DNA of 62,840 nucleotides, counting the filler, from Stramenopiles sp. TOSAG23-3 (lineage: Eukaryota): NCBI GenBank assembly GCA_900128585.1. It is 7 parts of 7 records of this genome, joined end to end, with 100 filler letters (N's around TTAATTAATTAA, not from the genome) between each part and the next. Parts side by side here need not be neighbours in the genome. Positions count along the whole stretch, not along the records: positions 1 to 14,222 come from LT642581.1; positions 14,323 to 28,504 come from LT642582.1; 5 more parts are not named here. The stretch is one strand, 5' to 3'. Shown here piece by piece: positions 11,128 to 22,145 of the stretch. Both the position numbers and the translations under genes were made by a program. Position 1 is the first letter of the stretch; each line of letters opens with the position of its first letter. The notes beneath the pieces are model-generated. The model made no database searches and was not told the DNA's origin. It saw nothing but the letters and a program-made list of their open reading frames with translations.

Positions 11128-12636
11128 CTAAAACATTTTGTGTGGAAGCAACGACTTTTTGCTCCCAATAACGATTCGCTCTTTTTCGATCCTGACCCGG
11201 TTGTGCTCCTCTTTCGAGAGGTTTTTCTTCTTTACGCGACGGACGGACACAGATCGAGCGCCGCGTCGTGCGCCTGGCTTCGTCGGTGCCTTGCTTACGG
11301 CGGCTTGCGGCTGTTCGTTCCCCATCAGGTACAAGTGATGGATGGTTTGGTAAAATGCCTCGAAAAGGCTCGAGTGTTGCGCGTACGGAACGCCGAACTC
11401 CTTGCAGGTGCTTTCGACAACGGGCTGGATCAGCGGGTAGTAGACGTGCGATACGGAGGGAAACAAGTGGTGCTCGATTTGATGGTTCAATCCACCGCTG
11501 AAGTGGGTCCAAAACGTGGATTTCAAGGCCCAGTTCGTCGACGTGCGGCACTGGACGGCCGCCCAGTTGTACGTCGTCTTTTCCGTAGGCAATTTCTCCA
11601 TAAAGTCGCAGTGGCTAGTGATATGGGTAACAATGAACATGATCGCCAGAATGAGTCCACAGACCGCGTGCGCCACGGCGAACAAGGCGAACCCCTTCGC
11701 TGGCCCGTGGTAGTACACCGGGACGCCGAGCATGTACCCCAAGCTGAACACTTTCATGAACGCGATGCGCGCTTTGTTCGCAAAAGAAGACAGCCGGGGC
11801 TCCATGCTGATGAAGGCGGTGATCTTTCCCGTGGTGAGGGCCAGGACGTCGTTGTACAGTACCTTCAGCATAGTGAACCCGGCAAAAACGGGGGTGGCGT
11901 AAAGCCACTGCCATTTGTGGTGCGGCCGAAGGGCATCGTGGGGGGTCATTCGCATCAACGGGTAGCTGGAGAAGACGTCTGGGTCATTCTCTTGCTCGTT
12001 CCGGTCCAGTGACACCAGGTTGGTGAACGGGTGGTGGCCCGTGTTGTGGTGGAACTCCCACACGTACGTAGAGGCTCCGATCATGTCCATGCCCCACGCC
12101 ATCAGGCGGTTCACTGCGCGGTGCTTCGAGTACGCGCCGTGGCACCCGTCGTGCATGATGCACGTCCCTACGCAGGAGGAGAACATTCCCAGCATGGCTG
12201 CGGCGAGGAAGCTCCCCTGCCACGTGAATGCCAGGGACGTGGCGAACCCTGCCACGATCACGGCGGTCTTTGCGTACATGACGGGGGAATCGTGCCAGCT
12301 TTTAACGCCCTCTTTTTCCAACTGTTTCACGACCCTTTCCTTCATGGTGGCGTAAAAGACTTCGGACTCCCAGTCGTAGTACGTCTCGAAGGACCCCGCC
12401 TTCATCGTCCCGACGCAGTACTTCTCCAGCACCGCGTTCGATACCATTCGCGGGTGGTACATTTCAAACATTGCGGTGGAGTTCGTTCCGCCGCCCAGTT
12501 TGATGATGTCCCCGCCCGGGTGGGTGTCTGCCCACCGCGTCACATCGTACACCTTGTTGTGGATCGCAATCCAGCAGTCGTTGTGTTTCCCGTGCTTTGC
12601 CAACTCCTCCTTGGTGATCCCATCCTTGAACCCCCG

Positions 12637-12678
<42 letters not shown>

Positions 12679-13548
12679 CGGCTGTCGTTGTCGCTGTTGC
12701 GTCGTCTTCTTCCCCTTCGGCTTGGTGGTCTGGCCCGTGATCCACGCCGGGGCCCACCTCAGCTTGAACGTGAACAAGTAGATCATGGTGACGTGGTAGG
12801 CGACTTGGATGAACGCCAGTTTCTGCGGGTACACGGTCTCGTGCAGGCCCGGGAAGTGCGACTGGTTCGTCCCGAACGCGACGATCCAAGCGTGCACTTG
12901 GCAGGACCAAAACTGTCCGATCTGAAACATGGTCAGGTAACGCTTGAACGGGTTCTTGATCCCCATCGCGGCGGCGCAGTAGTGGGAGTACATCAGCACA
13001 TGCGTGACGGAGTTGATCATCGCCCCGTACCCCACGGTCCCGCTGCCCCATCCGATGCTCAACACGTAGCCCCAGACGATCGAAATCGTCGCGTGGTGGT
13101 ACACTTGCAAAAACGAAATTTGGGCCTCCTTCTTTCGCAAGCACATGAATATGGTGTCGCACCAATCCAAGTACTTGGACAGGTAGTGCACCAGCACGAA
13201 CCATTCCACGGCGGCGCTCGGCTGAGTGGAAATCGCAAAAAGGTTCGGAAAGTGAAACAGCCCCTTCACCATGTACGAGCAGACTACGATTTGCACGACG
13301 TTGTAGACCTGCATAACCCGCGTCAAGTCCCACGCTGCCCTCCCCCGCATGAACCGGGAGAGCAACATAACCGTCACCAAGTAGGCGACCGGCAACCCGT
13401 AGAGCAACTCGGGGGATACTAAGTAGTTGTACTCTGGGAGAAAGCGCAAGCCGGATGCGCCGCCCATCATTTTTTCCCCGCACCCGCCGGTGCTCGCCGC
13501 GTCCCCTCCGCACGTCCCAAACGTGGGCACTTCAAACGTGGGCAACAT
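11128..13548 (-). CDS. Fusion of ELO-type PUFA elongase, cytochrome b5 and front-end (Delta4-like) desaturase
   Basis: One uninterrupted ORF. ELO motifs KYLDWCDT, LQVYHH, HVLMYSHY, TMFQIGQ; poly-Ala linker; HPGG; His boxes HDGCH, HHNTGHH, QIEHH. Start at ATG 13548 or 13470. Confidence 0.92.
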
Positions 13549-14009
13549 TCTTCTTAAGTTCTTCTCGCGAGTGGTGGGTGGTGGTGGATGGAGTGGAGGA
13601 TGAAACAAGAAAGATTAATTAATATGAATATTGTAACTCTCCCTTTCGTGTACGCAATCACTTTCTTCACGTTTATTTATTTATTTTAAATTACACTTTT
13701 TTCAGTTGTATTCATCATTTCTTTCTTTTTGTGATTTTTGAGTCATCGGTTAAATAATCGGTTAAAAAAAGGTGTGGTCATAACAGAGGTACCTGGTAGG
13801 TACCTCGTACAGCATCAGCAATCATTATTATCATCAGATGGTTTTAATGGAGAAGATGACAGTTGTTGAAATCTTTTTTTTATTATTTAGTCTGTTGTAT
13901 AAAGAAAGAATAACATTTAACAAGATCACAGCATAAGAATATCCTCAATCTTTGATTTTTTTTTATTGGCTGGTTGTTGGTTGGTGGGTTTATCTTATTA
14001 TTATTTATT

Positions 14010-14222
14010 AAAAGAAAAGAAGAAAGAAGAAAGAATATAGAAAAGAAAAGAAAAGAAAAGAATATATAGAAAAGAAAAGAAAAGAAAAGAAAAGAAAAGA
14101 AAAGAAAAGAAAAGAAAAGAAAAGAAAAGAAAAGAAAAGAAAGAAACAAACAAACAAACAAACAAACAAACAAACAAACAAACAAACAAACAAAGAAAGA
14201 AAGAAAGAAAGAAAGAAAGAAA
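14010..14222. repeat. Compound microsatellite (AAAAG)n(AAAC)n(AAAG)n at contig end
   Basis: Seen directly; the contig ends inside it. Confidence 0.95.
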
Positions 14223-14322
14223 NNNNNNNNNNNNNNNNNNNNNNNNNNNNNNNNNNNNNNNNNNNNTTAATTAATTAANNNNNNNNNNNNNNNNNNNNNN
14301 NNNNNNNNNNNNNNNNNNNNNN
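14223..14322. other. Artificial contig linker (N44-TTAATTAATTAA-N44)
   Basis: Six-frame-stop spacer flanked by Ns. Identical linkers at 28505-28604, 42780-42879, 57049-57148, 58981-59080 and 60912-61011. Confidence 0.98.
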
Positions 14323-14327
14323 ACGAC

Positions 14328-14400
14328 GAAGCTAAATTTAATTACTTAAATAACAGCCAATTTTCTTGTTTAAAAAATAACAGCCAATTTTCTTGTTTTT
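14328..14400 (+). repeat. Dispersed 3'-intergenic motif ATAACAGCCAATTTTCTTG, two tandem copies
   Basis: Copies at 14350-14368 and 14377-14395. The left flank GAAGCTAAATTTAATTACTT is the reverse complement of the flank at about 32056-32075. Confidence 0.9.
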
Positions 14401-14466
14401 ACTAAAATGTTTACACAGTACCCAGTCAAGCACAAAGTAGATTTTGAACCGAAGTTCTCGTCACTT

Positions 14467-15321
14467 TCAGCCTCGTAAGCCGTTTGGGCCGCACGCCGCT
14501 CGGGCTAGAGGCATGTGCGGCATGTGCATCCCATTTACAAACGCAGAAAATTTAGACCAGTCCGCGCCGTTCATGGATTGCACCATGGCAGCTTTCGCAC
14601 CACACTCGGCGTCGAACGCACAATTGGTGGATACCCCTGGGGCGTTTATGGAATTGATGCCCCATAGGCCGCGGTCCATTCCACCATTTCGGCTCGGAGT
14701 TTCAGACTCTGGGTCTCCCATACTTGTTGCCCAGCCCACGGCAACGGCAGTCTTGCAATCCTGCCCACCTTGCATTTTCCATATCATGGCCATTGCTTCC
14801 ATGCTGACCGCCTCGCCCGCTTGGCCACGACCCCGATTGCCACGGCCACCACCATGACGCTTTAAACGACGTGCTGTTGTAAGAGCGTGGAAAAAAACTT
14901 CTGGTCCTTCCTCCTCCTCTTCATCAAAACCGCTCGGGCCACACGCCCGTCGGGCTTGCCGCATATGAGGCATGTGCATCCCGTTTATAAACGCTGTAAA
15001 CTTAGACCAGTCCGCGCCGTTCATGGATTGTGTAATGGCAGCTGTCGCACTGCAGCCGGCGTCGAACGCACAACTCCGCGATACTTGTGGAGAACGCATG
15101 GAGTTAATGCCCCATAACCCACGGTCCATTCCACCTTGAGAACTTGGAGTCCTGCCTTTGGTGTCCCCCATGCTTGTTGCCCACCCGATGGCGACGGCCG
15201 TCTGGCAGTCCATTCCATTGTTTTGTTTCCAGATCATTGCCATTTGGTTCATTGACAAGTGGGCGGCGGAGCCCATGGTTGCAAGAGACAAGATGCAAAA
15301 TGCAAGCAGTAGTCCCTTCAT
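14467..15321 (-). CDS. Secreted protein with two tandem lysozyme-like (SLT-type) domains lacking the catalytic Glu
   Basis: Signal peptide MKGLLLAFCILSLATMGSA. Two ~105-aa repeats with TAVA.GWATSMGD, DRGLWGINS, CAFDA.C and NGADWSKF. Confidence 0.75.
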   Translation of the reverse strand: MKGLLLAFCILSLATMGSAAHLSMNQMAMIWKQNNGMDCQTAVAIGWATSMGDTKGRTPSSQGGMDRGLWGINSMRSPQVSRSCAFDAGCSATAAITQSMNGADWSKFTAFINGMHMPHMRQARRACGPSGFDEEEEEGPEVFFHALTTARRLKRHGGGRGNRGRGQAGEAVSMEAMAMIWKMQGGQDCKTAVAVGWATSMGDPESETPSRNGGMDRGLWGINSINAPGVSTNCAFDAECGAKAAMVQSMNGADWSKFSAFVNGMHMPHMPLARAACGPNGLRG

Positions 15322-15840
15322 CGTACAGATTGTTCGTTGTTTGTAAATGATAATTTTGTGTATTTGTTTAAATGTTTTTTCTTGTTTTTACATACATTTT
15401 TATATTTTTTTCTTAATTTTCTTTTTGGCCTTTCCTTCCACAAGAAACGTGTAAAGAACACTTTAAACGATGTTGTTTCACACGAGGAAGTACCAAGGTA
15501 GAAGCAGCACGTAAGATGACTTGAAAAAAGAAGGAAAAGAGATGTTTTTTATGTCGTATAATAAAATAAGAGTGGGAATAAATAAATACAAGGTACACAA
15601 CAAGGCACATTATTTTAAGAAATTGATTTTGTATGTTGAAATATTCTTCTAACTTCAACATTTTTGGTTGGCTTCTTTTTTTGTTGTGGGTTAATATAAA
15701 ATCAACATATACGTCCTCGTAATTTAAACATTGACTAGTCTATCAAATAGAACAAAATAATTCACGACACGATGAAATAGTATTATTCTATATTATTATA
15801 TATAGATGACAAATCCTTAATTAATATTCCATCGACCCCC

Positions 15841-17778
15841 TTACTCTCGGTCCCCAAAATTGGCCTTCGCTATCTTTTTGTGCACAATTTTTCGACTCCA
15901 CTCGCTCATGTCAAGCGGGGCCCTTTGTTGCTCTTTGTCAAGCTTCATCAGCGCGCAAAAAAGCGACAACGATTGCCCAGTCTTCTCATTGTTAATCTCA
16001 AAGCCAGGAGAGATGCCAATGTAGATGCGAATGGGCTTTCTTGCAAAGCTCGATGGGGCGTTACCACCGCACTTTAAACCCCTAGCGTTCATTTCACCAT
16101 CCCCATAAAACGCGACCAGCCTGTGATTTCCATCCCACACAGTCATATCGCTCATAAACGAATTCCAAGACGTTCCCACCATAACGGCGGTCCTTGGCAT
16201 GGCTTTCAAGACTTCTTCGTCCCTCACCATGGACAAAATAACAGAGGATGGTTTGTGCTCTTCTGCAGTAGTCTGAGCCGGTCGACGGGTCTGACAGTAG
16301 TCGTCGAATATCGCATGCCAGTTGCTTTCAATAGAAACGCACGCATCAACGGACCCGTCTGCGATCCACCGTTTTGAATTGAGCGATTTTAGCCCTCGCA
16401 ATTCCTTGTGAGCTACGGTCGCCACATACCATTTTGTGTCAGCGGGGGTCATCGTCAACAGTGGCAAGTGGAAGCCGTGCATTGCTGCCCGAATCACATT
16501 TTCTACATCATTCTTGATGTCTGGCGTCGAGACCATCTTCGACAAAGCGCTCGTGTAAGCATCTTGGACGCCGATTTTCCCTGCTACGTTTGGCCACTCC
16601 GCTTGCAGCATCGAGGCTATCACGTCGTGCATGTTTGTTTGCTTTGCCCTACTTTTCAAACTAGAAATTTTCATCCCCGAGGGGCCCGTGCCGCCGTGGT
16701 TAGGATTCCGACTCGAAGTAAAACCTCCCGCGTTCGGTATGTCTATGGAAGTAAACAATATCGAAGAAATATCGGTCACTAGCTGAAGAGGATCTGGCCC
16801 ATCAGTCAACCACCCCTCCAACACGAAGTCACCTGGGGGTATTCCGTGCAGCCTTCCGACTAAATCTTGGGGGCAGGCCACGCCAGGATCGTAGTTTCGA
16901 CTGATTATGTCCCCGAGCTGATTCTTGGCATGAAAGCAGGCATGAATCCGATGCTTGGAATTCTTGTACTTCTTCAAAATATCCGTGACGAACACCTCCA
17001 TTTCATACGTGAATACGATCGTGGGCCCGAGGACAAGCGTGCCATTTTTGGGAGACGTGATTTCAAGCTGCAATTGCTCGCGTGGGTACAGGGGTTCAGG
17101 AACGATAATTTCCCTCCGTTTGCACTTCAGCTGCGTGCAGGCGTGGTCCAGAACAGATTTTCGTACCTGCACGGGCAATTTATGCTTTTCTGAAAACGCA
17201 TGAACTGCAGCGGCAGGCTCGTCGCTTTCCAAAATATACAATTCCCCAACGACGCGACCAGAATGTATTACGTCCCGGCTGTAGACTATTGGGGACGACC
17301 GGGTGCACGTTGCAGCTTCGCAGGCATCTGCGATGTCCTTCAACCGATTTCCATCGAAGTAATCCAGCACGCGATCGTGGGCTTTGTAAAACGCGTCCAC
17401 TACATCGGCCGGTTCCTGGCCCTCAAGCACCCGAACGGTGCCCACGACACTGGATTCGGGGTTGTCTTTGTGCACGGTTTTCGTGTAAACAATCGGGCGC
17501 CTCCTATGACAAGGCAGGTGCTGGCATATTTTTGACAGAATAGACTCCCGTTTCGAGAGTGTCAAGTTGTGCTCGAGGCAAAAATTATACACAATGTCCA
17601 CGGGCTCCGTGTAGTTTTCAGTGTTTATTCTAATCGTCCCCACCAGCTCTTTCTCTGGCCCCAGACCGTACCGACGCGTTACATTAAGCTCAAACACCTT
17701 TCCCTCCTCGCTCGAGCCGGGGGCCACACAGTCACAGAGTAGTAGCACCACCGCCACTGCCACCAGGTAGGACCTCAT
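15841..17778 (-). CDS. Secreted protein with three N-terminal ~65-aa Cys-containing repeats; function unknown
   Basis: Signal peptide MRSYLVAVAVVLLLCDCVA. Repeats EPVDIVYNF/EPADVVDAF/EPAAAVHAF, each followed by C-x4-C-xR. Confidence 0.8.
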   Translation of the reverse strand: MRSYLVAVAVVLLLCDCVAPGSSEEGKVFELNVTRRYGLGPEKELVGTIRINTENYTEPVDIVYNFCLEHNLTLSKRESILSKICQHLPCHRRRPIVYTKTVHKDNPESSVVGTVRVLEGQEPADVVDAFYKAHDRVLDYFDGNRLKDIADACEAATCTRSSPIVYSRDVIHSGRVVGELYILESDEPAAAVHAFSEKHKLPVQVRKSVLDHACTQLKCKRREIIVPEPLYPREQLQLEITSPKNGTLVLGPTIVFTYEMEVFVTDILKKYKNSKHRIHACFHAKNQLGDIISRNYDPGVACPQDLVGRLHGIPPGDFVLEGWLTDGPDPLQLVTDISSILFTSIDIPNAGGFTSSRNPNHGGTGPSGMKISSLKSRAKQTNMHDVIASMLQAEWPNVAGKIGVQDAYTSALSKMVSTPDIKNDVENVIRAAMHGFHLPLLTMTPADTKWYVATVAHKELRGLKSLNSKRWIADGSVDACVSIESNWHAIFDDYCQTRRPAQTTAEEHKPSSVILSMVRDEEVLKAMPRTAVMVGTSWNSFMSDMTVWDGNHRLVAFYGDGEMNARGLKCGGNAPSSFARKPIRIYIGISPGFEINNEKTGQSLSLFCALMKLDKEQQRAPLDMSEWSRKIVHKKIAKANFGDRE

Positions 17779-18758
17779 TTGCCGTCCTGTTCTCTTCGCC
17801 GTTCACGAACGGGCTCTAAGTGTTTCTGGTCTTGCTGGCGCACCCAGAGAACAAAACACGCAATCGCTGGCGCAGCAAGAACAATCTATGACAGGGGAAT
17901 AATAGTTAGACGCATGCACATTTTTTTGGAGGACAAAGAGAGGGCGAGGGGCGAGCGTATACTTACAAAGTCCTTGTTGCGAAATTTCGATGGCTCGAGG
18001 GGTTGCTGTGGTGCGGAGAAAGAGGAGGTAAACAACGATTTGAATTTATGCAAACGATTCATTTTCTGAGAATATAAAAACACTCCCAAAGCTAAACTTA
18101 ACGTGGGTTTGGGTTTTCCTTTTCTTTTTCTTGATATACCTTTCTCTTTTTTTAATCTTTTTTTAACGTACAGATAGATATATACGTCTTATCAAAATAT
18201 ATATATAATTTTCTTCTTCTTCTTCACAAAAAAAAAAGAGCCTAGAAGAAGAGATTATTATTAATATAATAATATAAAAACCGACGACCAACTATTATGA
18301 ACGAAGAAAGAAGAGAAGAAGTAAAAATAAAAAAATAAAAACCATCGTTGTCGTCGTACTACGGGTATTAATACCCGTATAATTATTATACCGGTAGTAA
18401 TAAGAGTAAATATTATTATAGACTAGTCATATTGATAGTAGGGTGGTTCCTTCTTTCTTTCTTTTTCTTTTTCTTTTTCTTCTTCTTTTATTTTATTGTA
18501 TTATAAGTTGTTGGGTATTTACTTCTTCTTCTTCTTCTTTTTTTTTTATTAAAGCAAAAAAAAAATAATAATTTTATTTCTTTTTTTTCGTTTTTGTTTG
18601 TTAGTTTCTTTTTGTTCGTTTGTTTGTGTCTTCAGTTGTGTAAACATAAGAAAAGAGAAAGTGTTTTAGAATTTTAAAGAGATTTTTTATCATTTCTACT
18701 TTAGTCCGCAGTTATTGAGGCGAACGAGCGAAAACATTTGTGCCTTCGTACTGACTGC

Positions 18759-19862
18759 ATGTATTCTTCAATACGACACTTGTGCCTTCGAGGGAGCAAG
18801 GGCAGGCTGGTTTCGGGAGCAAGCGGGCCGTTTAGACGTAATTATTTTTCATTCAATCCTAGATTCAAGGGGCCAGCGTATGTAAGGGGCGTGCGGTATG
18901 CCACGGCCGGCAGTGAAGACAGCGACGTTACAAGCCCTCCGCCGCCCCCTGGCGTTAGTATACTGGACTGGCACTCCGTGAATAGCTCAGAAAGTGCCGA
19001 CGGAGTAGAGGAAGGCTTACGCGATTCGACGTTCAACGCGTTTTTTGTCGCTCGCCGCATTGACGTCGTCCGTTTGTTTCAGAAAGAGTACGGTTCGGAA
19101 GCCCATTCTTTGCACCGGGACTCTGTCATCGTCGCAATTGAGAAAGAAAAAAACTATGGTTCGCCTGGGTATGCAGTGTTTTTTGAGTATGGGGCCGTTG
19201 TTTTCTTTTGCCTGGACAATACGACGCGAATGGACTGTTTGCAAGCAGCGCGCCCCTTCTGTTCGTCGCTTGTTCAGCTGCCACGGTCGGAGGAGCTGTC
19301 ATTTGAAGAGAACCAGTCCTTGACCACGTCGCATACGTACGACCGAGACAAGATAGTTTTGAAGAACTTGGAACCAGAGACCATAAGGGTAGTTGCAGGA
19401 GTCTTGGGCCAAAGCGTGGCGTTGGACCATTATGAGCGGGAGGTTGATTCACTTCTGGGAATGTTTAGGTCCCTGAACGCGTCCATACAGAGCACCGGGC
19501 GCTTGGCGGTAAAGAGGCGGGAGCTCTACCGATTAGTGGCGACAAACAATACGATTTTGACCGATGTAATCACTAAATTAAAGGTTATGGATCGGGCACG
19601 CCCGGGGGAGTCTGCGTGGAACATCCCAGAGCACTACGCAATTTGGGAGCGTTTGCGGGAAGAGTTTGAAATTCGCACTCGTTTCGAAAACATGGAGTTT
19701 AAGTTGGATTTGATTCGAGAAAACATGAAATTTTTCGTCGAGGTTCTCGCCACAAAGAAAGGCACCCGTTTGGAAATTGCCATTATCGTGTTGATTTGGC
19801 TGGAGCTGATGGTTGCGTTGTACGAGCACGTCGATTGGAATGTTCTGGAGAACTTGTTTTGA
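18759..19862 (+). CDS. RMND1/DUF155 family protein, probably mitochondrial
   Basis: FFEYGAVVFF, LGQSVALDHYE, AW....Y..WE.LREEFEI..RF..MEFKL, RLE..IIVLI..E TM segment; Arg/Ser-rich leader. Confidence 0.88.
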   Translation: MYSSIRHLCLRGSKGRLVSGASGPFRRNYFSFNPRFKGPAYVRGVRYATAGSEDSDVTSPPPPPGVSILDWHSVNSSESADGVEEGLRDSTFNAFFVARRIDVVRLFQKEYGSEAHSLHRDSVIVAIEKEKNYGSPGYAVFFEYGAVVFFCLDNTTRMDCLQAARPFCSSLVQLPRSEELSFEENQSLTTSHTYDRDKIVLKNLEPETIRVVAGVLGQSVALDHYEREVDSLLGMFRSLNASIQSTGRLAVKRRELYRLVATNNTILTDVITKLKVMDRARPGESAWNIPEHYAIWERLREEFEIRTRFENMEFKLDLIRENMKFFVEVLATKKGTRLEIAIIVLIWLELMVALYEHVDWNVLENLF

Positions 19863-20397
19863 GCAGAGAAGCAGTAGATCGTACCGTAATGTTCAAAAAA
19901 TTACAAGAAACAAAAAATAATTATTCTGTCTTTTGGTAAAGTAGTATCTTATTTGTTTTGACCAGTATTTCACATATAAACTTAAAGGTTTACGTTCCTT
20001 CATGTACTGCGAACTTATCTGGTTTTACAAATCAATATACCCTTGTCACTTACGCAGTCTTGACTACCATTTCTCAGATGTACTCCGTGCATGATCCGAA
20101 TCGGCAGGTGGATTGGCAATGCTTTCAAATGACCCAATGGTCAACTTCCTCATCCGATGTCTCACTCACACGAAGTAGATGAATCAGTCCTGGTGTGGTT
20201 TTCCAAGCAGCGGCGTAATTGTTTTAGAGGTGCTCGTTTTCTGTCTTGTAAATCAGTCAAGGCATTGTCATTTGTGAGTTGAGGTGGCATAATAACAAAT
20301 ATAACTTAATACATTAGTTTTTTTTTGTATATAACTTAATACGAAGTACTAAATCAAACTCTTACAATACACACAAGATACGAACTAACTCACAAAG

Positions 20398-22145
20398 TTA
20401 CAAATTGACGAGATCCCCGAACAGAGCATCGCCACTACTTTTCCCGCCTTTCTTTCCATTCCTATTCGTTCCCTGCGACTGGTTTAATTGCGCCTGGGAG
20501 GAACCCTGAGAGAAATTTGCAAACGGGTTTGTGTCTTTCTTCACATCCTGCACGCCAAACGGGTCGTTTTGAACGGCTGCTTGCTGTGGAAACGGATTTT
20601 GATGGGAAAACGTACTCTGCTGGGGAAACGGGTTGTGTTGGGAAAATACGTTCTGCTGCTGCGCAAAACCGTTCTGTTGTGGAAACGCATTTTGAAAAGG
20701 ACTGTTATTGTTGGTTTGATTCGGGCGAGCGTTTTGTTGGAACTGAAAGTTCGCGGACGAAAATGCAGCACTAACGCTGCTGCTCCCACCGAGCCCAAAC
20801 CCTTGACTGGTTTGTACATTTGGTGCGGGCTGGGACTTGTAAAGGCTATCAAGGTCTATCGCTGCCTTGGGCTGGCTAGGGACCATTACACTTCCGCCCG
20901 GTTTCTTAAAATCGCCCACACCGCTGTTCCCGCCCGCAAAATCGTTGTTGGCTAAAGCAGGCGACGCTTCTGGGTTGTTCTGCTCGTTTCCCCCGCCCTG
21001 CTGGGCCCCGGGAAAAGCACTTTCCGCCGTGAAATCAAGGTCTGCTAAATCGTTCGCGAGAGGTGTGAGAGGGACTGCGTCAAACGCGAAATCGTCCAGC
21101 GAGTTCACAGACAAGCCAGCCGAAGCGTCAGGCCGGTTGCTTTTGGGTTTGCTCTGCATTTTCGGGGCCGCGATCTTGCTGGGAGCCGCCGCGACCGGGG
21201 CCTTTTTCTTCGGCCCTTTCTCCAACAAGGTTTTGTGCAAGTTCAGCACGACGTGAATGGAGTCGTTCATGTGCAGGATCTTATGAAGCGTCTTGTCGTC
21301 TGCTACCGTGGCACTCTGGAGCTTGGCCACCAGGTCAGCCTGGTACTTGTTCAGGTGCACGACCATGTCTTGGATTAGCGCACTTGACTTGATCTCCTCT
21401 GCCGTGTCGGCGGCGTCCAGGGATTGCTCTAGCAATGAAATGGTGTTCGCAATCGTGGGCAGGCTGGGCCCAGCGCCCCCCCCCCCCCGGCATCGCCGAC
21501 GCGCGCACCGTGGTGGTCTATAGGGGCGGGCTTCGGGGCAGCAGTCTTCAGGGATGCGACCGTAGCAACTTCTATGTTCTCCTCCTCAATGACCGCTGGT
21601 GCTGTTGAAGGCGGTGTAAAAATCCCAACAGATTCCGACGTGGGCCTCGGGAAAGGGATGTTTCGACCACGAAGCTCGTGGTACGTTTGAACGAACAGCC
21701 GGACGCCCTTGTCCTGGTGGGCGTGGTACCCCTCTCCCCAGGCTTGGATCATCGACAGGACCTTTTCCATGGCCTCCATGTTGTCGTGTCCACCCTTTTG
21801 ACCTGTGTTGACCAGTCGGACGAGGGATTTCATCATCTTCTCCTCCGCCATGTGCTGCAGGAACAGAAAATTTTTCTCGTTGTTCTTCACCAGGGCGTCG
21901 ATCACGATAAGGCCGAACATGACAACCTTGTGGTATTCGCTTTGTATTCTCTTCCGTGCGGCACGAACGCCCAGGGCAATTTCCTTCGGGTCCGTCAATT
22001 GCGACGCTTTGTCGCACACCTCTGTAACGAGCGCCCAATCTATTTCTGGCATCATTATGTCTGTCGCCTTGTCTATCATACCAGGAAAAGAGCCCGGTTC
22101 GTACTGCACCCGCTGGCCTCTCCACTTCGATATCCGCTTCTTCAT
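20398..22145 (-). CDS. TOM1/TOL-like VHS-GAT endosomal adaptor, split by an apparent frameshift in a G13 run
   Basis: VHS domain (IDKATD...DWAL..EVCD...DALVKN...IQAWGE...Y.EL...IPFP) in ORF 21429-22145. GAT-like helices and an NPF/DPF-rich tail in ORF 20398-21435. Frames switch at the homopolymer 21476-21488. Confidence 0.85.

Noticed and set aside
10953-11168. Short ORF containing GAGHSFFNE, reminiscent of an alpha/beta-hydrolase C-terminus
   Set aside because: No ATG, overlaps the fusion gene's end and 3' UTR, and no other hydrolase motifs; probably chance.
11140-13513. Long antisense and alternate-frame ORFs over the elongase-desaturase gene (likewise over NEMF, UBX, USP and TYW1)
   Set aside because: Shadow ORFs expected from GC3-rich codon usage; no motifs.
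21476-21488. Programmed or phase-variable frameshift in the VHS-GAT gene
   Set aside because: Occurs in a 13-nt G/C homopolymer where a 1-nt consensus error restores the frame; a sequencing error is the simplest explanation.
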